Virus record (IMG/VR): IMGVR_UViG_3300022927_000008
Span: 32,001-96,000 of that record
Source: a virus
Reading direction: 5' to 3' (one strand)
DNA length: 64,000 bases
The position numbers were made by a program, and so were the translations under genes. Below are positions 56,111 to 64,000 of this stretch, one piece after another (position 1 is the stretch's first letter; every line of letters starts with the position of its first letter). Below the pieces are notes generated by a model that worked only from the letters and a program-made list of their open reading frames with translations, made no database searches and had not been told where the DNA came from.

Positions 56111-56620
56111 TTAAAAATATAATTCTTTATTTTTTGGTGGTCGACCTCTACGGGGTGCTGTAGTGGGACGATTGTATTTACCGTATTTGTCTTCACAGTA
56201 ATTATAAAATTCCTCCAGTGTACCTCCAACCTCAACTACATCATGATCAAAATCTTGTTTGGTCATACGAAATGTGGTAGTAAAATCTTTACGTAATTGG
56301 GTCAGATTTTCCTTTTCATACTTTTCATGATCATCAACAAGACGACGGCGACGGTTTTTATCAAGACGGGTCTCAGCAGCTTGGGCTTGACCATCACCTT
56401 CATATTTTTTGTATTTTTGATCAATTTCCCATTGACAATAATGGATTTGCCACAAATAAGGACTTGGGTCGTAGTCACCATTACGAATTTTGTCAATCAA
56501 TGGAGCATAATTGTGTAAAGACTGACCCTTACGGCCCCATCTACGCCACCAAAAGAATTGATTGTAATTCAATTTTTGGAGTTGCGACAACTGCTCTTCG
56601 ATAACCTCAATTGTGTGCAT
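56111..56620 (-). CDS. Hypothetical protein with C-terminal AT-hook
   Basis: PRRGRPPK; first gene of the que operon. Confidence 0.6.
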   Translation of the reverse strand: MHTIEVIEEQLSQLQKLNYNQFFWWRRWGRKGQSLHNYAPLIDKIRNGDYDPSPYLWQIHYCQWEIDQKYKKYEGDGQAQAAETRLDKNRRRRLVDDHEKYEKENLTQLRKDFTTTFRMTKQDFDHDVVEVGGTLEEFYNYCEDKYGKYNRPTTAPRRGRPPKNKELYF

Positions 56621-56625
56621 GAGGT

Positions 56626-56656
56626 GAATATACGAATAAAAATTTAAAGATCCAAA
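56626..56656 (-). promoter_or_regulatory. Class-I promoter (no box), probably leaderless
   Basis: TTTGG-N15-TTCGTATATTCA-CCTC-ATG. Confidence 0.75.
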
Positions 56657-56657
56657 T

Positions 56658-57023
56658 TTATCTTTTACCCCCGTAATAAGGCACTGCTAAATTTTCAGCT
56701 AATAATTTTTCACTTAAATTAATGTGATTATGAGCGTTAGGTTCTATTCTTACATCACCCAAACATCTACCATATTTATCTACTCCTTTTGAGTAAAGGA
56801 AAAACTGGCCGTCTGTGAGAGCTAAGAGTTCCTCTACTCTTGCTTTGGCTTTTAATCCTTTTTTCTTTTCATCTAAATCCCTAGTTCGAGATTCATAGGC
56901 ATCTATTCCGTTTAACCTAATACGGACATGTTTCCATGTATCAAAACCTAAATCTACTAAGGCGTCAATAGTATCACCATCAACAACTCTATCAAGTTTA
57001 GCATTGTAATAATATAAAACCAT
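56658..57023 (-). CDS. Thermonuclease (SNase-like)
   Basis: VVDGDT, RL.GID..E, KYGR.L. Confidence 0.9.
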   Translation of the reverse strand: MVLYYYNAKLDRVVDGDTIDALVDLGFDTWKHVRIRLNGIDAYESRTRDLDEKKKGLKAKARVEELLALTDGQFFLYSKGVDKYGRCLGDVRIEPNAHNHINLSEKLLAENLAVPYYGGKR

Positions 57024-57032
57024 TTTTAAAAC

Positions 57033-57566
57033 TTAGTGAGGAAAAGTATTTTTTTTACTTAACTTTTTGTTAGTTTCTACCAATGAATCTAAATAAAAAA
57101 CCCAATTTTGTAAAGAGTCTACATAATTTAATAAATCTTGGTTTTCTTGATTTAATCTTATAATTGTAGGGTAACATTCATTACCACACTTATGTAAAGC
57201 ATGATTTAAATTGTCTTCTATTTCTTGAATTTTTTCTTCAAGAAATAAATTATTTGCTTGGTAGGCAAAAAGTAAACTATCTTTAGCTCCTAATTCTCCT
57301 GATAAATTTGTTAATAGGGCTTCTTCTTGGTTTACTGTATACTGTAATTGGAGAATCTGGTTTCTTGTTTTAATTTTGTCTTCAAGGATTTCATCAAGAG
57401 CTATATCTGCTACTTCTAAAGTAGCATCTACAGTTGCTAATAAATCTTCATTAAGTTCAACTGATGGGGATACATCTACTTTTACAGGGGTTTTTATATC
57501 TTCTCCTGCTTCTACCCCACAGCCTACTAATAGTACAGCTAGTATTAATCTCGTGTGTCTAAACAT
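57033..57566 (-). CDS. Coiled-coil lipoprotein, spanin-like
   Basis: LLVGC lipobox; overlaps the upstream membrane gene. Confidence 0.5.
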   Translation of the reverse strand: MFRHTRLILAVLLVGCGVEAGEDIKTPVKVDVSPSVELNEDLLATVDATLEVADIALDEILEDKIKTRNQILQLQYTVNQEEALLTNLSGELGAKDSLLFAYQANNLFLEEKIQEIEDNLNHALHKCGNECYPTIIRLNQENQDLLNYVDSLQNWVFYLDSLVETNKKLSKKNTFPH

Positions 57567-57811
57567 TCTAATAACTTTTCGTTAATTACTTCTAGTTTTT
57601 CTTCGTACCTAAGGATAGTTTCTTCTAAGGATTCAATCCTTTCTTTATGATCCTCAATCCTTTGCACACAAGAAGATTCTAAATTTTCGAGTTGAGCCTC
57701 ATGAATTTTCATCATGTCTACATACAAATACCCTATTACTCCTATAGCCGCGAATGCTATTGCTGCAACTGGGTTTTTAGTAAACTGCTCAAATGTTATA
57801 GGTGACTTCAT
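57545..57811 (-). CDS. Single-TM coiled-coil protein, spanin-like
   Basis: N-terminal TM plus heptads. Confidence 0.5.
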   Translation of the reverse strand: MKSPITFEQFTKNPVAAIAFAAIGVIGYLYVDMMKIHEAQLENLESSCVQRIEDHKERIESLEETILRYEEKLEVINEKLLECLDTRD

Positions 57812-57822
57812 TTATTTAATAG

Positions 57823-57866
57823 AAAAAGAGGGTCTAACCAGTATTTATGTAACTGATTAGACCCTC
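57823..57866 (-). terminator. Hairpin terminator
   Basis: GAGGGTCTAA...TTAGACCCTC followed by TTTT. Confidence 0.75.
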
Positions 57867-57887
57867 AAGTTAAGTTTTTTTGTTTTA

Positions 57888-58073
57888 TTAAGCTTCTGTT
57901 TCGGTAGCTTCTGCTTTGTTCTTATCGATCACAGACCAAACACCACCAACGAGTGTCATTACTGCACCAAATAATTCCATAAAAGTAGCGTCATCAAGGA
58001 CACCCTGTGTTACTAAAACACCACCAACAAATGTTAAAGCGTGTCTTACAATTCCTAATACTTTGTCTTTCAT
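57888..58073 (-). CDS. Putative holin (2 TM)
   Basis: IVRHALTFVGG..GVWS, charged C-terminus, late motif upstream. Confidence 0.65.
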   Translation of the reverse strand: MKDKVLGIVRHALTFVGGVLVTQGVLDDATFMELFGAVMTLVGGVWSVIDKNKAEATETEA

Positions 58074-58107
58074 AATAATTTGTTTTTAAGATTCATGTAT
58101 AAATATA

Positions 58108-59817
58108 TCACCCATCACAAGAAACGCATTCTGCAGTACGGGATCCTAAATCTCCTTTTATCACGGAATCTGTGCGAAGATAATATAAAGTTTTAACTCC
58201 TAATTTCCAAGCCTCCATATGACACTGGTTAATCCATTTAGGGGAATCAGTAGGGTCAAATGAAAGGTTTAGAGATTGTGTTTGATCAATATATTTTTGT
58301 CTAATAGCTGCTTGCCTAACTAATTCAAGTTGATTTACCTCACTAAATGTTAAATATACCTCCTTTTCGTCAGGTGATAATATATCTTCAGATAAATTTT
58401 GAACAGAACCATTGTCTGCTAAGATTTGATCCCATACTTTATCTGTGTTGTGTCCTTTACCTTCTAATAAACATTCCAATTCTTTATTTTTAACAATAAA
58501 TGTTCCTTTAGCACCATTAAAAGTGTAGATATTAGCTGGGATGGGCTCAATACCTGCTGAACAATTGTTTAGGCGAGAATTTGAGACTGTAGGTGCAATA
58601 GCAAGTAAGTGGGTATTTCTCATACCTGTACCCTTACACCAAGTAGGTTCACCATATTCTTCAGCAAGTTGTCTTGAAGTAGCTTCTGCTTTACTTCTAA
58701 TATCACTAAAAATAGTATGGGTCCAGGCTGTTGAAGCAATAGAATTAAATGGCAATCCTTTTTGTTGAAGGAATGAGTGCCAACCCATTACACCTAATCC
58801 TAATGCTCTACCTTTTTTAGCGTGTCTCCAAGTACGAATAAGTGATTCTTTACCTGCACTTTTATCAATAAACTCTTGCATTACACCATCTAAAAAGCGA
58901 ATAGATGTTTCTACTACATCAGTATCTTTCCACTCATCGTATTTTGCGAGGTTTAAAGAGCTTAAACAGCAAATAAAACTATGCTCTTCATCTGTGTGGA
59001 GTGTAATCTCAGTACAAATATTAGTCATACTGACATCAAGGTTATTCATAGCATATGCTAAAGGGTTGTTTTTATTAACATTATCCTTAAACATAATATA
59101 TGGTTCACCTGTTTCTACACGTGTTTTAAGTATCTCAAGCCAAAGTTTCATAGCATTGCTGTCCCTATCTTGTAGACGTCTCATAAAAGTATCATCTACT
59201 ACAACACATTGGTGTAGATTAAGACACTGTCTATTAGGATCACCTTTAGGTCTACGAATCTGCATAAACTCATCAATATCAAGGTGATTGATATCTAAGT
59301 TTACAGAAGCAGCACCTCTACGAACTGAACCTTGGTTAGTTGCTATGATAGCTGAGTCGTAGATTTTACACCATGGTACTACACCTTCACTTTTACCATT
59401 ACCTGTAATTGTAGTTCCTCTAGGGCGAATTCTAGAAACACTAATACCTACACCACCACCTAAAGCGGTAAGTTTCATAAGTTCAGCATTTGTTAATCCA
59501 ATTCCCCTAACGCTATCAGGTGTATCAATACCAAAACAGCTGATGGGAAGACCCCTATCGGTCCCAGTGTTAGATAACACGGGAGAAGCAAGGCCAATCC
59601 AACCGTTCCAAATATATCTGTAGAACTTATTTTCCAGATCTGGTCTATTAATACGTTCTGCGATCGCTTTCGCAACTCTTCTGTAGGCTTTCTTTGGTGT
59701 TTCATCCGGTAATAAATACCCTTTAGATATAGTTGCTACGCCTACTTCATCCATCCATTCAGGGTAATCCTTTCCTGCAACCCAATTTGTTGTATCTGCT
59801 ACTAAATTTCCGTCCAT
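58108..59817 (-). CDS. nrdA: Class I ribonucleotide reductase alpha (short, no ATP cone evident)
   Basis: PISCF, GGGVG, TNICTE, IAPT, YYLR, C-terminal CVSC. Confidence 0.95.
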   Translation of the reverse strand: MDGNLVADTTNWVAGKDYPEWMDEVGVATISKGYLLPDETPKKAYRRVAKAIAERINRPDLENKFYRYIWNGWIGLASPVLSNTGTDRGLPISCFGIDTPDSVRGIGLTNAELMKLTALGGGVGISVSRIRPRGTTITGNGKSEGVVPWCKIYDSAIIATNQGSVRRGAASVNLDINHLDIDEFMQIRRPKGDPNRQCLNLHQCVVVDDTFMRRLQDRDSNAMKLWLEILKTRVETGEPYIMFKDNVNKNNPLAYAMNNLDVSMTNICTEITLHTDEEHSFICCLSSLNLAKYDEWKDTDVVETSIRFLDGVMQEFIDKSAGKESLIRTWRHAKKGRALGLGVMGWHSFLQQKGLPFNSIASTAWTHTIFSDIRSKAEATSRQLAEEYGEPTWCKGTGMRNTHLLAIAPTVSNSRLNNCSAGIEPIPANIYTFNGAKGTFIVKNKELECLLEGKGHNTDKVWDQILADNGSVQNLSEDILSPDEKEVYLTFSEVNQLELVRQAAIRQKYIDQTQSLNLSFDPTDSPKWINQCHMEAWKLGVKTLYYLRTDSVIKGDLGSRTAECVSCDG

Positions 59818-59820
59818 AAC

Positions 59821-60807
59821 TTAAAATATTGCTTCAGCATCCCATTCCATATGGCCCTTGCTGTAATTTGTGACTCTGTTTGCGAAGAAATCAGTGTGCT
59901 GTTTACCTGCTGATAAACTATCAAACCATTTCATTCTTTTAAGTGCATTAGGGTCAATTCCATTAACTACACCCTCATATCCTAAATCCCCCATTTTGGT
60001 ATTAACTCTATGTTTAATAAATGAGATTAAATCTTCTTTAGAACACCCTTCAAGATCACCCAATTCATATACTTTCTCAATAAACTCAAGTTCGAGGTGA
60101 AGTGAAAGTAATGCAGCTTCTGTTATTGCTGTTTTGAGCTCCGGAGTGTTGAGCTCAGGGTTTTCCTGGATAAGTGTTCTAAATAACCAGCATCCTGCTT
60201 CTGAGTGCATTGATTCGTCTCTAATGCTCCACTCAACAATTTGTCCCACTCCCTTAAGCTTATTTCGCATTTTAAAAGATAGGAGTACGGCGAAAGAGGA
60301 GAATAAATTGACCCCTTCTGTGAAAGCAGAAAATATAGCGAGGGATTTAGCGATTTCGTGCCAATCTTTTTCGCCATTAAAACTATCCCTAACTGACATA
60401 AGGTTTTCAATCTTAGCCATCGTAGTTTCGTCTTCGAGAAATTCTGAAAAGTCATCAAGTCCAAGTTCTTCATTTAATAGTGAATATGCTTCCGCATGTA
60501 TTGTTTCAAAGGCCCCAAACGTTGTGGCCATCATAATTATTTCGGGTTTACGGAACCATTTAGTTACCAAACCACTCCAGTAATCGTTTACTACAGTTTC
60601 AGTTTGGGCAAAACCTTTTAAAATGGATCCTACTATATTTTTTTCGGTTTCTGTTAAGTTTTGTTTCCAATCGTTTACATCACTCATCATTGGTACTTCA
60701 GTGTGAAGCCAATGTGCCTGTTGTTGTTTTAGCCAATAATTATGTGCTTCGGGATATTCGAAGGGTTTATAGACTACTCTCTCCTGCAATAGTTTGCTGT
60801 TTGCCAT
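59821..60807 (-). CDS. nrdB: Ribonucleotide reductase beta
   Basis: ETIHAEAY, EG..LF..F, RDESMH, DFF. Confidence 0.95.
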   Translation of the reverse strand: MANSKLLQERVVYKPFEYPEAHNYWLKQQQAHWLHTEVPMMSDVNDWKQNLTETEKNIVGSILKGFAQTETVVNDYWSGLVTKWFRKPEIIMMATTFGAFETIHAEAYSLLNEELGLDDFSEFLEDETTMAKIENLMSVRDSFNGEKDWHEIAKSLAIFSAFTEGVNLFSSFAVLLSFKMRNKLKGVGQIVEWSIRDESMHSEAGCWLFRTLIQENPELNTPELKTAITEAALLSLHLELEFIEKVYELGDLEGCSKEDLISFIKHRVNTKMGDLGYEGVVNGIDPNALKRMKWFDSLSAGKQHTDFFANRVTNYSKGHMEWDAEAIF

Positions 60808-60817
60808 TTAAGTGTTT

Positions 60818-62179
60818 TTAAGAATTAAGTTGAAAAAATTGTTGTGCTAGAAGATCTCGATCTAGGGTATTCATACTTGTCCCATCAATTTGTTGTACAG
60901 GAGAGGGACCTTCACTATCGTCAAAATGGTGATCCATAACTTCAAAATGACCTGTAGATGTATCTGCGTTGACCGAAAATGTCATACCATCCATTCCGTA
61001 TCTATTTTTCATAATGTGAAATCTACCTGTGCCATTTACTTTATCTTCCTTTTTACGTGAAAGAGATATTGCAATGTCAGTAATCATAATTTTATCATAA
61101 CTGCCAGCTGCCTTATCACCTTCAATTACATCATCTTTTGCCCCTGCTCTGTTTACTTGGGAAACAGACCAAACAGGCAATTGTAACTCTTTAGCGAGAC
61201 CTTTAGTACTAATATAAATATCATCTATTTCTCCTTTACGGTCTTGAACTCGCTTTTTAGATGAAAGAAGATCTACATAATCAATAATAACTAAATCAGG
61301 TTTAAAATCTAAATCCTCGCACTTTTGGAGGTGTGAACGAAGAGTATTTATAGTTGCCTGCCCAGGAGCATATTCTTTGATAATAAGTTGGCCAGGTAGT
61401 TCTTTAACTATTTCGTCTACTCGTTCCCTATTTTTAAATAGTGTATCTACTGACTTACCTGTGAAAAATGCATCGTAGCGTCGACCTACATAATCCTCGC
61501 CAAGTTCTAACGTATAGTGAACTACATTAAAGCCTAATTTTACGGCATAGCCACCAAGCGCAACCAAAGTCCACGACTTACCTCCTCCAGGATTACCAAA
61601 TATAAGACCAAAATCTCCGTTACCCAGACCCCCCTGCATAAGGTCATTAAATTTATCCCAAGGAGTTGGTACAACTGCTCTTGCTTCTTCCCGATAACGA
61701 GCTTCAGTATCTTTAATATATTCATGTCCTATGTTTTTTTCTGCACCTGCTTTTAATGCATTATCAATAAGATTCCTAATAGACTCAAAATCACCAGAGT
61801 TAAGTAAGTCCACTGAGTTAAGTAGTGCTTTTTTGAGTTGCTGGTTCTTACAGAAAGATGAAAATTCTTTTTCAACATATTCTAAATCTTCATTTGAGGC
61901 TTGGTAAGCTTCTCTAAGTTGTTCTTTAATAGATAGCTGGAGGACATCATTTTCTACTTTTTTCATTTCTACCCTCAACACTTCCATTGTGGGTGTTGTA
62001 TGGTATTGTTCGTAATAATCTAAAATTTGTCCAATAATCCACTTGTGTGCTGAATTGTCGAAGTATTCTTCAGTTAATATATCATATATATTTTGAAGGA
62101 ATTCTTTGTGTGTAAGCAAAGAGGATAGAACCTTTACTTGAAAGGCTGTACCATATGTTGAGAGACTATTAAGCGTCAT
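60818..62179 (-). CDS. DnaB/gp41-like replicative helicase
   Basis: GNPGGGKS, TLE, IIDY, SQVNR, KNRYG. Confidence 0.92.
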   Translation of the reverse strand: MTLNSLSTYGTAFQVKVLSSLLTHKEFLQNIYDILTEEYFDNSAHKWIIGQILDYYEQYHTTPTMEVLRVEMKKVENDVLQLSIKEQLREAYQASNEDLEYVEKEFSSFCKNQQLKKALLNSVDLLNSGDFESIRNLIDNALKAGAEKNIGHEYIKDTEARYREEARAVVPTPWDKFNDLMQGGLGNGDFGLIFGNPGGGKSWTLVALGGYAVKLGFNVVHYTLELGEDYVGRRYDAFFTGKSVDTLFKNRERVDEIVKELPGQLIIKEYAPGQATINTLRSHLQKCEDLDFKPDLVIIDYVDLLSSKKRVQDRKGEIDDIYISTKGLAKELQLPVWSVSQVNRAGAKDDVIEGDKAAGSYDKIMITDIAISLSRKKEDKVNGTGRFHIMKNRYGMDGMTFSVNADTSTGHFEVMDHHFDDSEGPSPVQQIDGTSMNTLDRDLLAQQFFQLNS

Positions 62180-63206
62180 AAACTAATCTTGTAAATGTAT
62201 CTTTTAACCAAAATTCTGTATTTTTAATAATGTGGGTCATACCATCTTCGTTGTATAAACTCATGAACTCAAGTATACGGAGTTCATTTAATGGTTCCTC
62301 GGTTAGTTGAGATAAATCTTGCTTTTCTTTTTCTGATAGCATGGGTTCACTTAAGTCCATAATCTTTTTAGTGTTTAAAAGCTTGTCCCAATCTTGAATT
62401 ACCCTAGCATATACTACACTATTTTTTAGCTTTTGTTCACTAATTTTAAATAGTTGATCAAATTCAAGTTCACCCTCCCCTAACTCAGGGAAACGCTTTA
62501 GCACACCTTTTTTACCTAAGCCTTTAATACCAGGTACTTTATCAGAGGCATCACCTACTAACACTTTATAATGAATAAAGTTTTGAGGTATAATACCAAA
62601 CTTTTCCTTTACAGTACGTGGGTCATAAAATTCTCGTTCTATAGGGCGGTAAACTGTTACATTATCATCTATTAACTGAAGGAAATCCCTGTCACTAGAA
62701 ACAATATATGATTTTGTATTAAAGCGTTTAGCCATATCTTTTGACATATAAGCTATAATATCGTCTGCTTCTACTTTGTCTATTGATACCACTTTAACTG
62801 GTAAGCATTTTAGGTATTGGATTAAGCGGATGATTTGGTCTACTTTAGCATTATTTTCATCATCAATACTATCAAAAATATCCCAATTAGTAATACGAGT
62901 TAAGTTTCTACCTGTTTTGTATTCGGGGAGTAGGTACCTCCTATTAGTGGAGGCACCCACTCCATCGAATACTATATATATAGAGGTAGGTTGTATTTGG
63001 TTTATAAGAGAACCTAACGAACGTAAAAACCCAGACAACCCCCCTATATGTGTGCCTGTATGGTTAACAAATTTAAGCATAGCAAAATTACGCAAAAATA
63101 AGTTTAAACCATCAATAAACACCACCCTCTCATGTTGGCCAGGTTTAGCAGTCGGTTCCCCTTGCTCAATGTTATTGAGCATTTCCAAATAATCCTTCCT
63201 ATTCAT
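62169..63206 (-). CDS. 5'-3' exonuclease (FEN/RNase H-like)
   Basis: IDG.N, VFDG, YK.GR, EADD, DRD, GD.SD..PGI.G.G. Confidence 0.93.
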   Translation of the reverse strand: MNRKDYLEMLNNIEQGEPTAKPGQHERVVFIDGLNLFLRNFAMLKFVNHTGTHIGGLSGFLRSLGSLINQIQPTSIYIVFDGVGASTNRRYLLPEYKTGRNLTRITNWDIFDSIDDENNAKVDQIIRLIQYLKCLPVKVVSIDKVEADDIIAYMSKDMAKRFNTKSYIVSSDRDFLQLIDDNVTVYRPIEREFYDPRTVKEKFGIIPQNFIHYKVLVGDASDKVPGIKGLGKKGVLKRFPELGEGELEFDQLFKISEQKLKNSVVYARVIQDWDKLLNTKKIMDLSEPMLSEKEKQDLSQLTEEPLNELRILEFMSLYNEDGMTHIIKNTEFWLKDTFTRLVYDA

Positions 63207-64000
63207 TAATCAGGTTCTTTTTCGAAGTGAGAAATATCTTGTACTTCCTGATCTTCTTCCATGATATCAAAATCAATACCCCCTAAAATAGCTCTCCAGG
63301 CTTCTGCATGAGCGTCCTTATAGGTTTTAATTTCTTTATCATTATCATTGATAAACCCATGAGGTGTCATAACAATTTTACCTCTGGTAGTAACTCCATT
63401 AATGTGATTTTTATCAATCTGAACATTGGTACGTTTAGCGAATTCTACCTGCTTACCATCTTTGATTGCTTTAATTTTAGATGTACCTGCAGACATTACA
63501 TTGCCAAATGTTACTACAAATGTTGAATCAAACCACATAGCGTATCCACCTTTATTCATCAACTTAGGTTGACCCATAGGTGATTCAGGTTTAAGTGTCC
63601 ACACCTTATTAATACAAACTAATGTATTAGTATATGGACTACTTTCTTTACGTGAAAGTACAATACGCTGGTTTACATTATTACCGAATTGGGTAGACAT
63701 AGCACCAGCATTCCACTCATTATTATTTTTATTTGATTTAAGTGACATTTCGCATGGTACTGAGCCAATTGAGTCCCACAAGAACAATAGATCGTAAGGT
63801 AGGTTACCTTTCTTTTGTTCGTCAATCAAATCTAAAATAAACGCTGCTACGTCTTCAATAGAATTAATAGTTTCTCTATCTACATAAATAAAGTTACCAT
63901 TATAATCTGTAATTTCACCAGTTTCTTCATCAACTACTTCGTTGATTTCAAGACCCATCATTTTAGCATGTTCCCAACTCCATTTCATCTCTGTGATAAT
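63206..64000 (-). CDS. RecA/UvsX-like recombinase, 5'-truncated by window edge
   Basis: WDSIGS (Walker B region), IN.V, GG.A; frame open to the edge. Confidence 0.8.
   Translation of the reverse strand: MITEMKWSWEHAKMMGLEINEVVDEETGEITDYNGNFIYVDRETINSIEDVAAFILDLIDEQKKGNLPYDLLFLWDSIGSVPCEMSLKSNKNNNEWNAGAMSTQFGNNVNQRIVLSRKESSPYTNTLVCINKVWTLKPESPMGQPKLMNKGGYAMWFDSTFVVTFGNVMSAGTSKIKAIKDGKQVEFAKRTNVQIDKNHINGVTTRGKIVMTPHGFINDNDKEIKTYKDAHAEAWRAILGGIDFDIMEEDQEVQDISHFEKEPD

Noticed and set aside
388-63526. All plus-strand ORFs and short nested minus-strand ORFs in the track
   Set aside because: They are shadows of well-supported minus-strand genes, with no motifs or expression signals
1-64000. Stop-codon reassignment
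   Set aside because: Core genes are full length in the standard code, TAG and TGA both act as stops, and there is no suppressor tRNA
1-64000. Bacterial chromosome or archaeal origin (GroEL, RFC-like, PolB, que genes)
   Set aside because: Single-strand dense gene packing, a T4-like replisome, holin and phage-type promoters, with no ribosomal or other cellular operons

Overview
A 64-kb segment of a large, AT-rich lytic dsDNA phage. The host is almost certainly Bacteroidota/Flavobacteria, judged from the promoter consensus, T9SS-type cargo proteins and lipoproteins. All credible genes are on the minus strand. In transcription order (right to left) it contains: RecA, a 5'-3' exonuclease, DnaB and NrdB/NrdA; a holin/spanin-like block; a 7-deazaguanine module (TGT-fold protein, QueC, QueD, QueE, and separately HPRT-FolE-MazG-like); three T9SS-type secreted proteins; ThyX; a PiT-like transporter; a split PolB with clamp and clamp loader; Hsp20/GroES/GroEL; a large glycosyltransferase/sugar-modification block; small early-type genes; a 7-tRNA cluster; and a tandem array of modular BspA/DUF285-type proteins, three of which are followed by a small partner gene. 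The most novel-looking items are: (1) two unannotated, highly structured RNAs in the tRNA cluster, one a circularly permuted tRNA-like domain followed by tandem pseudoknots and the other a ~345-nt multi-stem RNA closed by a perfect 11-bp stem; (2) a possible pre-replicative 7-deazaguanine route; (3) a two-tier promoter grammar with a GTCAT-N6-GTCAT box; (4) micro-ORFs missed by the track, including an ArfA-like peptide; and (5) the constant-anchor/variable-tip protein array. All calls are by eye, with no database searches or folding software.
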